DNA of 43,411 nucleotides from Octopus sinensis (taxonomy: Eukaryota), in contig NW_021834990.1 in NCBI RefSeq assembly GCF_006345805.1, positions 1 through 43,411 on the forward strand. Reading direction: 5' to 3'. A model generated the notes under the pieces. The model was not told where the DNA came from and made no database searches. It was given only the letters and a program-made list of their open reading frames with translations. The position numbers and the translations under genes were made by a program. Numbering within the stretch: the stretch's first letter is position 1; the number at the start of each line of letters is the position of its first letter. Below, one piece after another: positions 11,841 to 24,899 of the stretch.

Positions 11841-13770
11841 ACACCTAGAGCAAAGAAACGCACTGTATACATTGGTAGGCCATGTAAATAAACACACAAG
11901 ATTGTTTATTTACAAAGTCATGTGATAGAGAAAAAGGGGAAGAAAGACAGAGAGAAAAATAAAAAAATTTAAATTAAAATGTAAACAAAGAAAATAAAGG
12001 GGACAAAGGAAAGAACATTCACAGCGACAATGCTCTTCTCTTTGAGTGTGACGTACAAGTTAAGACAATCTTTTGCACTTCCTGTATCGATGTTAAGCCA
12101 GGGATCATTCTTAAATCATTTTCAGTTCCTTTTTTGATAATTACAAGTATTTTTACAATCACTGGTATTGCAGCCTATTTCTTTACTACCCACAAAGGGG
12201 TTAAACATAGAGGGTACAAACAAGGACAGACATAGGTATTAAGTCGATTACATCGACCCCCGTGCGTAACTGGTACTTTATTTATCGACCCCGAAAGGAT
12301 GAAAGGCAAAGTCGACCTCGGCGGAATTTGAACTCAGAACGTAAAGACAGACGAAATACTCCTAAGCATTTCGCCTGGCGTGCTAACGTTTCTGCCAGCT
12401 CGCCGCCTTCACTGGTATTGCAACTGTCTTCAGATGCCACATCTTTTCGATTTCGATTAACAAATCTTTGTATTTTCTGAGTTTATCAAATTCTTTTGCC
12501 GAGATATTATGGTCACGGGGTATGCTCATGTCAATCAATAAACAGACTTTATTGTTTTGGTCATTCATAACTATATCTGGTGTATTTGCTTTGATCGTCC
12601 GGTCTGTACATAGTGGAAAGTCCCAAGGAATCGTTACATTTTCTCCCTCAGTTACAACCTCAGGGTGGTGCATGTATCATTTGTCAGCAGTTTTGATTTT
12701 ATAATGCCGACACATTATCCAACGTAGATATTGGCCAACACTGTCATGTCCCGATTAGTACTGTACAGGTGCTAAAACCTTACACCCAGAGATTAGGTGG
12801 TCCACTGTTTCAATCCCATTGTTGTAGTATCGCCACTTTGTGTTTACACCACCATTCATCACATTGGCTTGATAGTACCGAGTCAATAAGCTCTGATCTT
12901 GAGAAGCCAAGATAAAACCTTCACTCTCTGCCTTTAGCCCTGAGCTTCGAAGCCACTGATGAGTGTGCTTCTGGTCTACATGAGATTGTTTGCTATGCGC
13001 CACATATTTGCCATGCAGAGATTTTTGTTCCCACCTAAAAGCCAATTGTCGAAACGCATTTTGTATTGCTATTGATTTCACCTTCATTGCAACCACAGTT
13101 GCTGCATTTCCCTCATACTGTTCAACCTGCGTAAACTCACTTGATAAACTCACTTGAAACGTTTTTGCATTCCTTCATAATAGAATGAAGCTTCTTACGT
13201 CTTTCATGGTTTTCAACGAGCTTTAACATCCAGTCGTTAGATGTTTTAAGATATTTTGCCAGTCCATTTGTAGTGGTTTTGCAAGAGATTTCAAATTTGA
13301 TCAAGCCTCGACCTCCTTGAGCTCTGAATAGGAAAAGACGATCTCTGTCTGCCTTTGGGTGGTGCAACTTATTGCAAGTCAGCAGCTTATAGTTTTTCCT
13401 GGCATTCTACCATATTCGCTCATATTCCATTGAAACTGCAAATAGCAACCGGAACTGCTAAGGAATTTACTACTAACACCTTGTTGCTTGCATTGAAATC
13501 AGATTTTAGGACTGCTCAAACTCTCCTCTAACATTCCTTCCTTATCTCTTTGAGGCTTGCATGCTGAATGCCAGAGTCCTCATTTATTCGCAGGTATTTG
13601 TAAGTTTGTTCCGGCTCGGGTTCTTTTATGACTGTGTCAACATCCAAAACCGCTGAATGTGAGGTCTTCAATTTCCCTTCCTGGAAAGTGACTTTGGCAC
13701 ATTTATCAAGAGAAAATTCCATCCCAATGTCATCACTGAATGCTTTCACAGTACGTAGTAGCCCTTCAAA
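11841..13770 (-). mobile_element. Third R4/Dong-type RLE LINE, 5'-truncated and frameshifted, with a nested SINE
   Basis: Track ORFs give KAFSDDIGMEFSLDKCAK..YKYL (RT end), MHHPKADRDRLF..GGRGL, WLRSSGLKAESEGFILASQDQ..ETVDHLISGC and WDFPLCTDRTIKANTPDIV..LIDMSIP..KEFDKLRKYKDL (RLE). Confidence 0.9.
12173..12409 (-). mobile_element. SINE family C monomer, full length
   Basis: Perfect 13 bp TSD CACTGGTATTGCA (12160-12172 / 12410-12422). Confidence 0.93.
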
Positions 13771-13773
13771 CGT

Positions 13774-13999
13774 GAGAAAATGTAACGATTCCTCGGGACT
13801 TTCCAGTATGTACAGACCGGACCATCAAAGCAAATAAACCAGATAGTTTTATGAATGACCAAAACAATAAAGTCCATTTATTGATTGACATGAGCGTACC
13901 CTGTGACCATAATATCTCTGCAAAAGAATTTGATAAACTCAGAAAATACAAAGATTTGTTAATCGAAATCGAAAAGATGTGGCATCTGAAGACGGTTGC
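13774..13999 (+). repeat. Inverted duplicate of the RLE segment at 12420-12645
   Basis: About 225 bp, mostly identical by eye, opposite strand. Confidence 0.9.
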
Positions 14000-14819
14000 C
14001 ATAGAGTTTTTATTCGTCCATATAAGAGGATATAAGTCATTCATATAAATGCAGACGCTGTGTGCGTGACGGTCATTCCCGTGGAGGCATCTATAGCCAC
14101 AGCAAGCGCTGCACCACCATCAACAACCGACACAATTTCTTTGGGCACATATCCATGGTCTCTCGAGACTGACGAATGCCTAGAAGGCACTATTAGCTAG
14201 TTAGAACTAGTAACTAAGGCTTTCGATGGACTGAACTTTAGTTTCCATATTTTATAAATGCGACAACGGTTCATCTCCTGTCAAGGGATCGGAGGAGGGA
14301 TGCGTTTCTTCATTGATTTCAGATACTTCCGGCAGATCTAAACAGACTGCTATCCTGCAGTCCTACAAATCGCATATCAACAACCAGAAGACACACTTAG
14401 CACACTATTTCCGCGTGAATCACTTCGATCGTTCGCTTGACAATTTGTGCAACAATCATTGGTCGGAGATGCTGGTTTCACACGGCTAGTGTTTTTGGTT
14501 TGTTTGTTTTCTCTCTAAAATTGTTCTCTCTGTTACTTCAAACCTCTTCATCTATATGCGCACGTTGACCTTGACACTGGCGTAATCTTCGCAAACAACC
14601 CGTATATAACTCTGACGTTGAATAAACTGCACCATTCCTCCCACAAGAAATCTATGACAGGGATGAGCTTCTGTATGGAACCCGTGACTTTCCTGTATAA
14701 ACAACGAAAAGTGTTATAATGGAAGAAGAACCAGTTGACTAATATGTGCAGCTTGAAAGATCTATGTCAGTTAATAAAAAACTTATGCCTACTTTTAAAT
14801 TACTCTCGGGACGAGTCTA

Positions 14820-14893
14820 GTATGTATGTACATATGTACGCATGTATGTATATACGTATGCATTTGCAAGTATGTATATACATATATATATTA

Positions 14894-14939
<46 letters not shown>

Positions 14940-15048
14940 GGATACACATTTACATAACTCCCGAAACAACCCTATGCTTCTATAAGTATGTATATATGTC
15001 TGTATGTATGCATATATGTACGTTTCAATGTACATACATATACATACG

Positions 15049-15079
<31 letters not shown>

Positions 15080-15121
15080 TATATATATATTATATCATAT
15101 ATTACATACATATATATATAT

Positions 15122-15172
<51 letters not shown>

Positions 15173-16113
15173 TATATACATATCTATATATTGTGTGTGT
15201 GTATGTTCGTGTAATATATACATATAGTTTATATGTACATATGTCTGCATATACAAAATATATGTATACATATATGTATATGTATATATATATATGCATA
15301 TATATATAGATATATATACACAGAGACACATGAGTGTGTGTATGTTTGTGTATATATATATACACACATATGAGTGTGTGTATGTTTGTGAGTGAGAATA
15401 TTTTTGTGTGTTTATGTGTGTGTGTCTTTATGTATCTCTGTGTGTTTGACACTGGAATTTTTCTTTGAATTTCCTTGGAACACTTTCGAAATATCGGTTT
15501 AAAGACTAAGAAAAGAGAAACGATATACAATACAGTTTGTGATATATAAAATTATATAAATGTGTCTGCGCACGCGCGCACGCGCGCGCGCGTGTGTGTG
15601 TGTGTGTGTCGTTATACATGCCCATATATGTAATATATTTATCCACAAACATTTCAACACATATACAGGCGCGCGTACACACACACACACACACACACAC
15701 ACTCAGTCTCACACACATGTACATACGCAACAGGCGTAGACATTTTTTTTCTCTTCTTAAAACGCTTGACTTAGCAATCAAAGGCTCTGGTGGTGTTAAT
15801 GACAGCCTAACAAAGTGTCACCGCCACAGATATGTATGTATGTTTGTGTATGTGCATGTGTGTGTGTGTGTGGGTCTGTGTGTGTGTGCGCGCGCGTGCA
15901 TATGCGTAAGTACGTCTGTATGAGTTTGTGTGTGTGCGTGTATATATATGCATGTGTCTAATAGCATGTATATATACACAAGTAGTATACGTGTATGTTC
16001 TTTGCATATGTATTTATATATATATATGTATATATATACATATATATATATACATATGTATATATAATATATATATAGATAGATATAGATGTATATATAT
16101 TATATATAATATG

Positions 16114-16153
<40 letters not shown>

Positions 16154-16567
16154 TACATATATATATAATGTATGTATGTATATATATATACATATATATA
16201 TATATGTATGTATGTATATATATATGTATATATATGTATATATATATTATATATATATATATATATTATATATATATATATTATATACATATATACATAT
16301 ATATTCCTGGATATGTATCTGTATGTATGTATGTAAAGCAACCACAGCAATATATACGTATTGCATACATCTTTGTGTGTGCGTGTATATATATAATATA
16401 TATATGCATATATGCATATATATATTTAAATATTTGCATACAAGAGTGTGTGTGTGCACCTGTATGCGTGTGTATGTGTGTGTGTGTATCGATCTCTCCA
16501 CCTGAAGAACTATTTACAGATCAATCTATAGTATAAAGTTTATTGCATTACTCTTCTTACACCTCCC

Positions 16568-16608
<41 letters not shown>

Positions 16609-16778
16609 TCGCCAGACAGATATCTTTAGTCAGACTTCACAGAATCTATTGCATCGCTTTTCGTCTCACACAATACATATGGATATTATTTCCTCACGTT
16701 CTTTCGGTCAAATGCATACATACATACATATACATACATACATACATATATATATAGTATATATATATATATATATAT

Positions 16779-16856
<78 letters not shown>

Positions 16857-17287
16857 CATATGAATGTTTCTGTATATACATGTGGTGTGTGTGTCTTTGT
16901 ATGAATGGAAATCTTTGTACTTGTGTTTGTGCCACTTTATCTGTATATCTATCAACCTGTATAGGTATGACTGTCCAAATGGTAGGTAGAGAGATAGACA
17001 GAGAGGCAGAGGGAGAAATAGAGGGACAGACACGGACGGACAGATAGATAGATAGATAGATACATACATACATACATACATACATACATACATACATACA
17101 TACATGTATACATACACACACATACATAATTACATACATACATGCATACATGCATACAGACAAAAAATCAGACAGACAGACAGAAATGGACGGACAGACA
17201 CGGAATGACAGATGGACGGACAGATAGATAGATACGTACATATATACATACATAGACAGACAGAGAGACAGTTAGATAGCTAGCTAG

Positions 17288-17320
<33 letters not shown>
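14820..17320. repeat. Large compound (TA)n/(TG)n/(TACA)n/(GATA)n microsatellite field
   Basis: Direct reading; short unique spacers only. Confidence 0.93.
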
Positions 17321-17710
17321 GAGTGGCTGTGTGGTAAGTAGCTTGCTAACCAACCACATGGTTCCGGGTTCAGTCCCACTGCGTGGCATCTTGGGCAAGT
17401 GTCTTCTGCTATAGCTCCGGGCCGACCAATGCCTTGTGAGTGGATTTGGTAGACGGAAACTGAAAGAAGCCTGTCGTATGTATATATATATGTGTGTATG
17501 TGTGTGTGTCTGTGTGTCTGTGTTTGTCCCCCTAGCATTGCTTGACAACCGATGCTAGTGTGTTTACGTCCCTGTCACCTAGCGGTTCGGCAAAAGAGAC
17601 CGATAGAATAAGTACTGGGCTTACAAAGAATAAGTCCCGGGGTCGATTTTCTCGACTAAAGGCGGTGCTCCAGCATGTCCGCAGTCAAATGACTGAAACA
17701 AGTAAAGAGA
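17321..17710 (+). mobile_element. SINE family A
   Basis: GAGTGGCTGTGTGGTAAG head through GACTGAAACAAGTAAAGAGA tail. Confidence 0.92.
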
Positions 17711-17864
17711 GATAGATAAATAGATAGATAGATAGATACATACATACATTTATACATACATACATACATACATACGTACGTACGTGCATAGATACATACA
17801 TACATACATACATATGTAGACATATATTCAGATAGGCAGACAGATAGATAGATAGATAGATAGG

Positions 17865-17926
<62 letters not shown>
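17711..17926. repeat. (GATA)n/(CATA)n tract, left flank of the Tx1 insertion
   Basis: Direct reading. Confidence 0.95.
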
Positions 17927-19198
17927 TGTTTCTTTATTAGCCACACAGGGCTGCACACAGATAAACAAATTACAAGGTAGAGCTTTTCTTTGAAGGTTTA
18001 AAAAAAAAAAAAAAAAAAAAAAAAGGAAAGGGAGTTTCGATCAAAAGGGATCGTAAAAGGAGAGAAAGAGGACAAAAAAAGGGGGGGGGTTAAAAAAAAA
18101 AAAAAAAAAAGGGGAGAGGAAAAAAAATTGATCATAGGGATCGTTATCACAGAATGTCAATATGAAGTGTAAAGGGGAGGACAGGTGAGGTTTACCGTGG
18201 AAAGAAAAGCCTACGGAAAAGACCACGGTAACCTCGGTCAAGAAGTTACATTTTATATTTCTTTTTTTTTTTTTTTTTTTTTTGCAAATAAGCAACTCTC
18301 TGTTTTCGATTTCTGGGTTCATAGGACTATGCTCAAGGTGGCTTCGTCATTCATACGTGCCATTCTTGCTACATTCACCCCATCTTTTTTAAAACATTCG
18401 CTAGACAAAACTTGCCTCTCTACTCTCACTTTCCTTTTCAAGTGGTACTTGAAGAAGTTGATGAGAGATTGACCAGAGAGGAAAGTGTTTGTCTCCAATC
18501 CTTTCAGACGCGTCCACCAGATACATTCTTTCGCCATAGCCACAAGGATGATGAAAATAGCTCTTCCTTCCCGTTTGAAGGAAGGAGGCGTGACAATATT
18601 GACGATAGACTCAGCTGATAAACCGACTCGTCCCACACGTGACAGCAGTTGTTCGACATAAGCCCACAGGTCGGAAATTGTTGGACACTGAACGAGTGCG
18701 TGCAGAACGGTTTCGTCGCTCTGACCGCATCTCGGGCAGGTCGGCCCCGTGTTTCTCGAGCCGTGTCTGTAGAGCTTATCCCGAACGGGTAGCGCTTCTC
18801 GGTAGCACTGCCAGGCCAGGGATCTCTGGAAGTTGTCCATGGGCCCTGGCCCGAAAGTCGTCCCGAACAGGCGGTTCAGGTACTCCTCGTCGACGTCCAG
18901 GTTCGCCCCGAGCTCGTCGTCGTACCTCCCCTCCACTAAACCCCTATAGAATGCTTTGGTTGTGTTGAAGTCACTTAAGGTCGACCCAGGACGGCAGAGT
19001 TGCTTGAGAGCAACGCGACACTCGCGGTGCCATTCGCCCTTCCTCGGCCTCTTTTTGATCCACGACTGCAGTTCGGTCATGGAGACGAGCTGCGGGAAAG
19101 CGTGCCTCACAAACGGCGACCACACCTGTTCACCGTCGTCTACATAGAGCCAGAGATGTCGCAGTCTCAGCGCGTGTCTGCGCATCATCAACCACGGC
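17927..19198 (-). mobile_element. 5'-truncated Tx1-clade (L1 superfamily) LINE
   Basis: Uninterrupted ORF2 C-terminus, 3' UTR with several poly-T runs (sense), and AATAAA-GAAACA running straight into (TATC)n. Confidence 0.85.

Positions 19199-19200
<2 letters not shown>
18319..19200 (-). CDS. Truncated LINE ORF2 C-terminal region with zf-RVT/CCHC knuckle
   Basis: 293 aa, complex sequence, [38 protein letters not shown]; the ATG lies at the truncation junction, so it is not a native start. Confidence 0.8.
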
Positions 19201-19524
<324 letters not shown>

Positions 19525-19679
19525 CTGGAATACTATAGGGGAATATCATGGTTGCATTTATAAAAAGTTATAATTAAATATGATTGTAGAAAGCAGGGCT
19601 GGTTTTAGGTCATCAAATATGGAGAACAAAATATCAAAAAGCGGGAGGATATCAGATAAGATATAGAAAGTGTATAATA

Positions 19680-19864
19680 CGAACAACAACAATATTAATA
19701 ATGATAATTATAGTGAGAACTATATCGGCGATAATAATGATAATAGTATTTATTGTAATAGTAATGATGATGATGATGATGATGATTATGATGATGATAA
19801 TAATAATAATAATGATAGTAATTGCAATAATAATAACAACAACAACAATAACAACAACAACAAC

Positions 19865-19912
<48 letters not shown>
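19680..19912. repeat. (AAT/GAT/AAC)n compound microsatellite
   Basis: Direct reading. Confidence 0.95.
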
Positions 19913-20328
19913 CAGTTGTTTGACCTTAACCAGTTGAGCATGTCCCTTAGTGGTTGACAATAACGTGCATCTCTGATCACGAGCAGAAGTAGTGGGGGAG
20001 CATCATGGCCATGTGTTGAGAGGGATTCTTTGGAGTTTGAATAATTCACCTCTGGAAACATAGGTGTTTCGTTCAACATCCTAAAGCAACCCTTATTCAG
20101 GGACCTTTTGAGCGGGATGGGCTACTCAACCTGAAGAAAATTCTAACTGGGCCCCACCTGCAAGGTCATGTGCTGTTTATCTTGATATGAGATCACCATG
20201 TCGCACACATATGGTTGTGATGCATGTGCCTGGGATACCTTTATCAGACGGGTAGTCATGATGGGTATACTGGGCTTCGTATATTTTACTCCATTGTCAC
20301 TTTGATGGTATGCACTACTCTCTCACCC
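19913..20328 (+). mobile_element. TAA-associated element, 5'-truncated copy
   Basis: Bounded by (TAA)n on both sides; ends CTCTCACCC(AAT)n. Confidence 0.88.
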
Positions 20329-20365
<37 letters not shown>

Positions 20366-20401
20366 TAATAATAATAATAATATAATAATAATAATAATAA
20401 T

Positions 20402-20816
20402 CAGTTGTTTGACCGTAACCAGTTGAACACGTTCCTTAGTGGCTGACGATATGTGCATCTCTGATCACGAGCAGAAGTAGTGGGGGAGCATCATAGCCAT
20501 GTGTTGAGAGGGATTCTTTGGGGTTTGAACAATTCACCTCTGGAAACCTGGGTGTTTCGTTCAACATCCTTAAACAACCCTTATTCAGGAACCTTTTGAG
20601 CGGGATGGGTTACTCGACCTGAAGAAAATTCTAACTGGACCCCACCTGCAAGGTGGTGTGCTGTTTATTTTGATATGAGATCACTATGTCGCGCACATAT
20701 GGTTGTGATGCATGTGCCTGGTGTACCCTTATCAGATGTGTAGTCATGATGGATAAACTGGGCTTCGTATCTTTTACTCCATTGTCAGTTTGATGGCATG
20801 CACTACCCTCTCACCC
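20402..20816 (+). mobile_element. TAA-associated element, 5'-truncated copy
   Basis: Same 5' breakpoint (CAGTTGTTTGACC) and shared variants with 19913-20328. Confidence 0.88.
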
Positions 20817-20868
<52 letters not shown>

Positions 20869-20966
20869 TTAATAATAATAATAATGATAATAATAATAAT
20901 AATAGTAGTAGTAGTTGTAATAATAATAATAATAATATAATAATTGTAATTTATTCTTATAATAAT

Positions 20967-21005
<39 letters not shown>

Positions 21006-21050
21006 TAAAATAATAACAATAATAATAGTAATAATAATAATAAGGATAAT

Positions 21051-21556
21051 ATGCAATACCAGTCATTGTCTCTCATGGCATCTGATCTTTTCGATTGGAA
21101 GTGTTATCATGTACATGTTCTGTCATTGTATAAAAGATGGACTACAGCAAATATTCTGCCCAATACATCAAACCAGCAGAGCATGTCCCCTGGTCGCTGA
21201 CAATATGTGCACCTCTGATCACGAGCAAGAGTAGTGGGGCGTGGGGGAAAAACATATTAGCCATGTGTTGAGATGGATGTGTTGGTTTTTGAATTAATTC
21301 CTCCCTGGAAACAACGATGTGTCGTTCTTCCTCCTTAATCGTTATTCAGGGTTAAGGATGATCTTTTGAGCGGGATAAGCTACTTGGCCAGAAACAAATT
21401 CTTACTGAACCCCCACCTGCAACACCATGTGACGCACATGTATTTGTGATCCATGTACCTGGTGTACCCCTGTCAGACGGGGTAGGCATGGTGGTTATAT
21501 TAGGCTTCGTATATTCGTAACCCCAGCGTCACTTTGATGGCATGCACTGATCTCTC
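21051..21556 (+). mobile_element. TAA-associated element, older diverged near-full copy
   Basis: Recognisable blocks GGAAGTGTTATCATGTAC, CCCCACCTGCAA and GATGGCATGCACTG. Confidence 0.8.
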
Positions 21557-21558
21557 AA

Positions 21559-21603
<45 letters not shown>

Positions 21604-21772
21604 CAGCAGCAGCAGCGCAGCAGCAGTAGTAGTAGTAGTAGTAGTAGTAGCAAGAAGAAGAAGAACAACAACAACAAGGAGAAGGAGGAGAAGAAGAAGA
21701 AGAAGAAGAAGAAGAAGAAGAAGAAGAAAAAGAAGAAGAAGGCCGACGACGATGATGATGATGATATTAATA

Positions 21773-21826
<54 letters not shown>

Positions 21827-21864
21827 TAATGATAATAATAATAATAATGATAAGAATAATAATA
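21557..21864. repeat. (AGT)(AGC)(AAG)(GAT)(AAT) compound microsatellite
   Basis: Direct reading. Confidence 0.95.
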
Positions 21865-22388
21865 ATGGCTTCTGATCTTAACTGATTGGAAGTGTTATCA
21901 TGTACATTGTTTTGTCTTGGTATAAAAGATGGGCTACAGCAAATATTCTGCTCAATACCACAGATTTGCTTGTCAGTTGTTTGACCTTAACCAGTTGAGC
22001 ATGTCCCTTAGTGGCTGACGATATGTGCATCTCTGATCACGAGCTGAAGTAGTGGAGGAGCATCATAGCCATGTGTTGAGAGGGATTCTTTGGGGTTAGA
22101 ATAATTCACCTTTGAAACATGGGTGGGTTCTTTCAACATCCTTAAACAACCCTTATTCAGGGACCGTTTGAGCGGGATGGGCTACTCAACCTGAAGAAAA
22201 TTCTAACTGGGCCCCACCTGCAAGGTCATGTGCTGTTTATCTTGATATGAGATCACCATGTCGCGCACATATGGTTGTGATGCATGTGCCTGGTGTACCT
22301 TTATCAGACGGGTAGTCATGATGGGTATATTGGGCTTCGTATCTTTTACCCCAGTGTCCTTTTGTTGGCATGAACTGCTCTCTCACTC
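21865..22388 (+). mobile_element. TAA-associated element, long copy
   Basis: ATGGCTTCTGATC through CTCTCACTC(AAT)n. Confidence 0.9.
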
Positions 22389-22439
<51 letters not shown>

Positions 22440-22499
22440 TCAAGGATACCAGAGTATGAGAAATGAATAATGTAGTAAAAATGTCAGAAAACGGAACAG

Positions 22500-23110
22500 G
22501 GAGTGAATTATTTAAGCGGGAAGGAATGAAGGAGTGAACGATAGAAGGAAATAAATAGAAGGAAAAGAAAAAGGAAGTAAAGAAATAAAGGAATAGGAAA
22601 TGAAAGGTCGAATGAAAGAGGAATAGGATGACAGAAAAGAAGAAAGGAAGAGAGAAAGAAGGGAGGGAAAGGGAAAGAAAAAAGAAAGGAAAAAAGATAA
22701 AAGAAAGAATGACCAGAAAGAAGGAAGACAGACAGGAAAAAGTAAGAGAAGAAAATATAAAGAAGAGTGACAGAGAAGAAGGAAGGGAAAAGAAAGAAAG
22801 GAACGAAGAAAACTAAAGTACAAGATATGCAAAATGGCCGCTTTCTTTAAATAAGTAACGATGATAGAAGTCAAGTTATTTATAGCACACCACAACGAGG
22901 GAAAGAAAGAAAGAAAGAAGAAAGAAAGAAGAAAGAAGGAAGGAAAGGGGGAAAGAAAGGAAAACGAAAGCAGGCATGAAAGGAAGGAAGGAAATGAGAC
23001 AAAAGTGAGTGAAGCTCAAGGTAAGCAAAACGATCGCTTTTTCTTTTTTTTAAGTAGAATTGAAACAGAACTGACGCTATTTAAAGCACACCTCAAGAAA
23101 CAACGAAGGA

Positions 23111-23177
<67 letters not shown>

Positions 23178-23400
23178 AAGGAAGAAAGAAAGAAAGGAAG
23201 AAAGAAACGGAATGGAACGAAACGAAACGAAAGAAAAGAAGGAGCAGCCTAAGCAAAATGGCCGCTTTCACTTAAGAAGCGCCATGGCATCACTCGTGCT
23301 ATTTAAAGAACACCGCATGTGAGAAGGCAGGAAGGAAGGAAAGAAAGAAAGAAAGAAAGAAAGAAAGGAAGATGGTGGAAAGAAGGGGGTAATCTCCAGT
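22500..23400. repeat. Polypurine (GAAA/GGAA)-rich region with three embedded ~65 bp modules
   Basis: Direct reading; see findings. Confidence 0.85.
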
Positions 23401-23928
23401 TCAACTTGCGTAAAGGTTGAATCTAATTCCATTTTTCGAATGCTGAGTGGTTTTTTTGTTGTTGTTTTTGTTGGTTTTTTTTTCGTTAGGATATGATAGA
23501 CCATCGCTGAGACCAGAAGCTGTGAAGCTAAAAGAGGTAAAAAAAGGAAGAAAAAAAACAAAACAAAACAAATAATAATAATCAGAAATAAATGAAAAAA
23601 TTTTAACAAACTAGTCTACGTAGTACGTCATGCTAATTTTCTCTTCCTGTTGAAACGAAAAGTAACAATGAGATAATTTCGTATCGAAAAATCTCATATC
23701 TCATTGACCGATAAAAATAACAACGACAACGATGATGATGATGATGAGGAGGAGGAGGAGGAGGAGGAGGAGGAAGTTAATAATAATAATAATAACACTT
23801 AGTAATAATAATAATAGTAATAATAATGATAATAACACTAGCAACAACAACCTTGTTCGTTTTATTCGCCGCAAGGGAACTTAACGAAAGGTACATTAAC
23901 AAGAAACGAAAGATACAAAGTAGAACTT

Positions 23929-23969
<41 letters not shown>

Positions 23970-24338
23970 GCTACTGCTTTTGATTAGCTTCAGGTTTAAC
24001 TCTGATTGATCTGACCTATAATGAAAGAGCACTCCAGCAGTGACCATCCAATTCATTTTTGTGATTTGATATTTTTTAAAATTTTTTGTCAGATATATGA
24101 GTAGGATGAATTTTATATTGTTCTATATATCCTTCCCTTTTAAAAAAAAAAACAAAATAACAATCGGTAGCGATTTCAAAGATCTAAGATGATTTGACTG
24201 CTATTTCGAGCATGTAAAGTGAACCGCTTAGAACCGAGCTTCACAGCCTAAAGTGTGAGATAGCATCTGAGGAGATGTCACAAAAGAGAGAAAGTATACG
24301 TTTTATTAAAATCGCTTCTCGGAACAAAATAATCAATT

Positions 24339-24363
24339 TACAGTCGTGGCCAAAAGTTTGGAA
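24339..24363 (+). mobile_element. Solo Tc1-like terminal inverted repeat
   Basis: TA|CAGTCGTGGCCAAAAGTTTGG resembles Tc1-family termini; no partner TIR seen in the window. Confidence 0.5.
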
Positions 24364-24461
24364 TATTGTTTTAGAAATTAAAATTATAATGCCCCAGTGC
24401 AATTATATACAACGAAGAGTTATAGTTACCTAATATCCGATCCAATGGTCAGTTATATATT

Positions 24462-24861
24462 AAACTAGCAGTATCGCCCGGCGTTGCTCGGGTTTGTAAG
24501 GGAAATAACTATATAAGCATTTTTAGAGATGTAAAGTATAATAGCCATCTCAATATAGCTAACCACAAAGGAAGGGGTGTTACTGTAGCTTTTTACGTTC
24601 TGAGATTTAATAATAAACTTTTAGAGAGTTACTTCCCTTATATATGCCAAAAATGCATTAAAAATGGGAAAAATTGATGGTAAATTTTTTTTTAATCGTT
24701 GACTCATCGTAGACGCGCGCTAATACCCAGAAGGGCTCGATATGAATCACGACTATAAGATACCCGGTTTTGGTTAAACTGCACCGCAAAATGTGGGAGT
24801 AGTTAGGAATCTAAATCGTAGGAGACAGACAGCACACAACCTCTCTTTTATATATAAAGAT
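24462..24861 (+). mobile_element. Non-autonomous Helitron/Helentron-associated (HINE/Lep1-like) element
   Basis: 5' ACTAG plus subterminal hairpin CCCGGCGTTGCTCGGG; 3' GACAGACAG..TTTTATATATAAAGAT; no TIR or TSD. Confidence 0.65.
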
Positions 24862-24899
24862 ATAACTTTGGGAATTTAATATAAAAATTCTAATTTTCA

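Noticed and set aside
15565-15610. (GC)n/(GT)n Z-DNA-prone run
   Set aside because: Common in this microsatellite-rich background; nothing suggests a function.
20090-20180. HDV-like ribozyme in the TAA-associated element
   Set aside because: I could not build P1.1/P3/L3 or J4/2 by eye on either strand; it needs a descriptor search.
19680-22440. Repeat-spacer-like alternation resembling a CRISPR array
   Set aside because: The alternating units are microsatellites and homologous TE copies, not identical short repeats with unique spacers; the context is eukaryotic with no cas genes.
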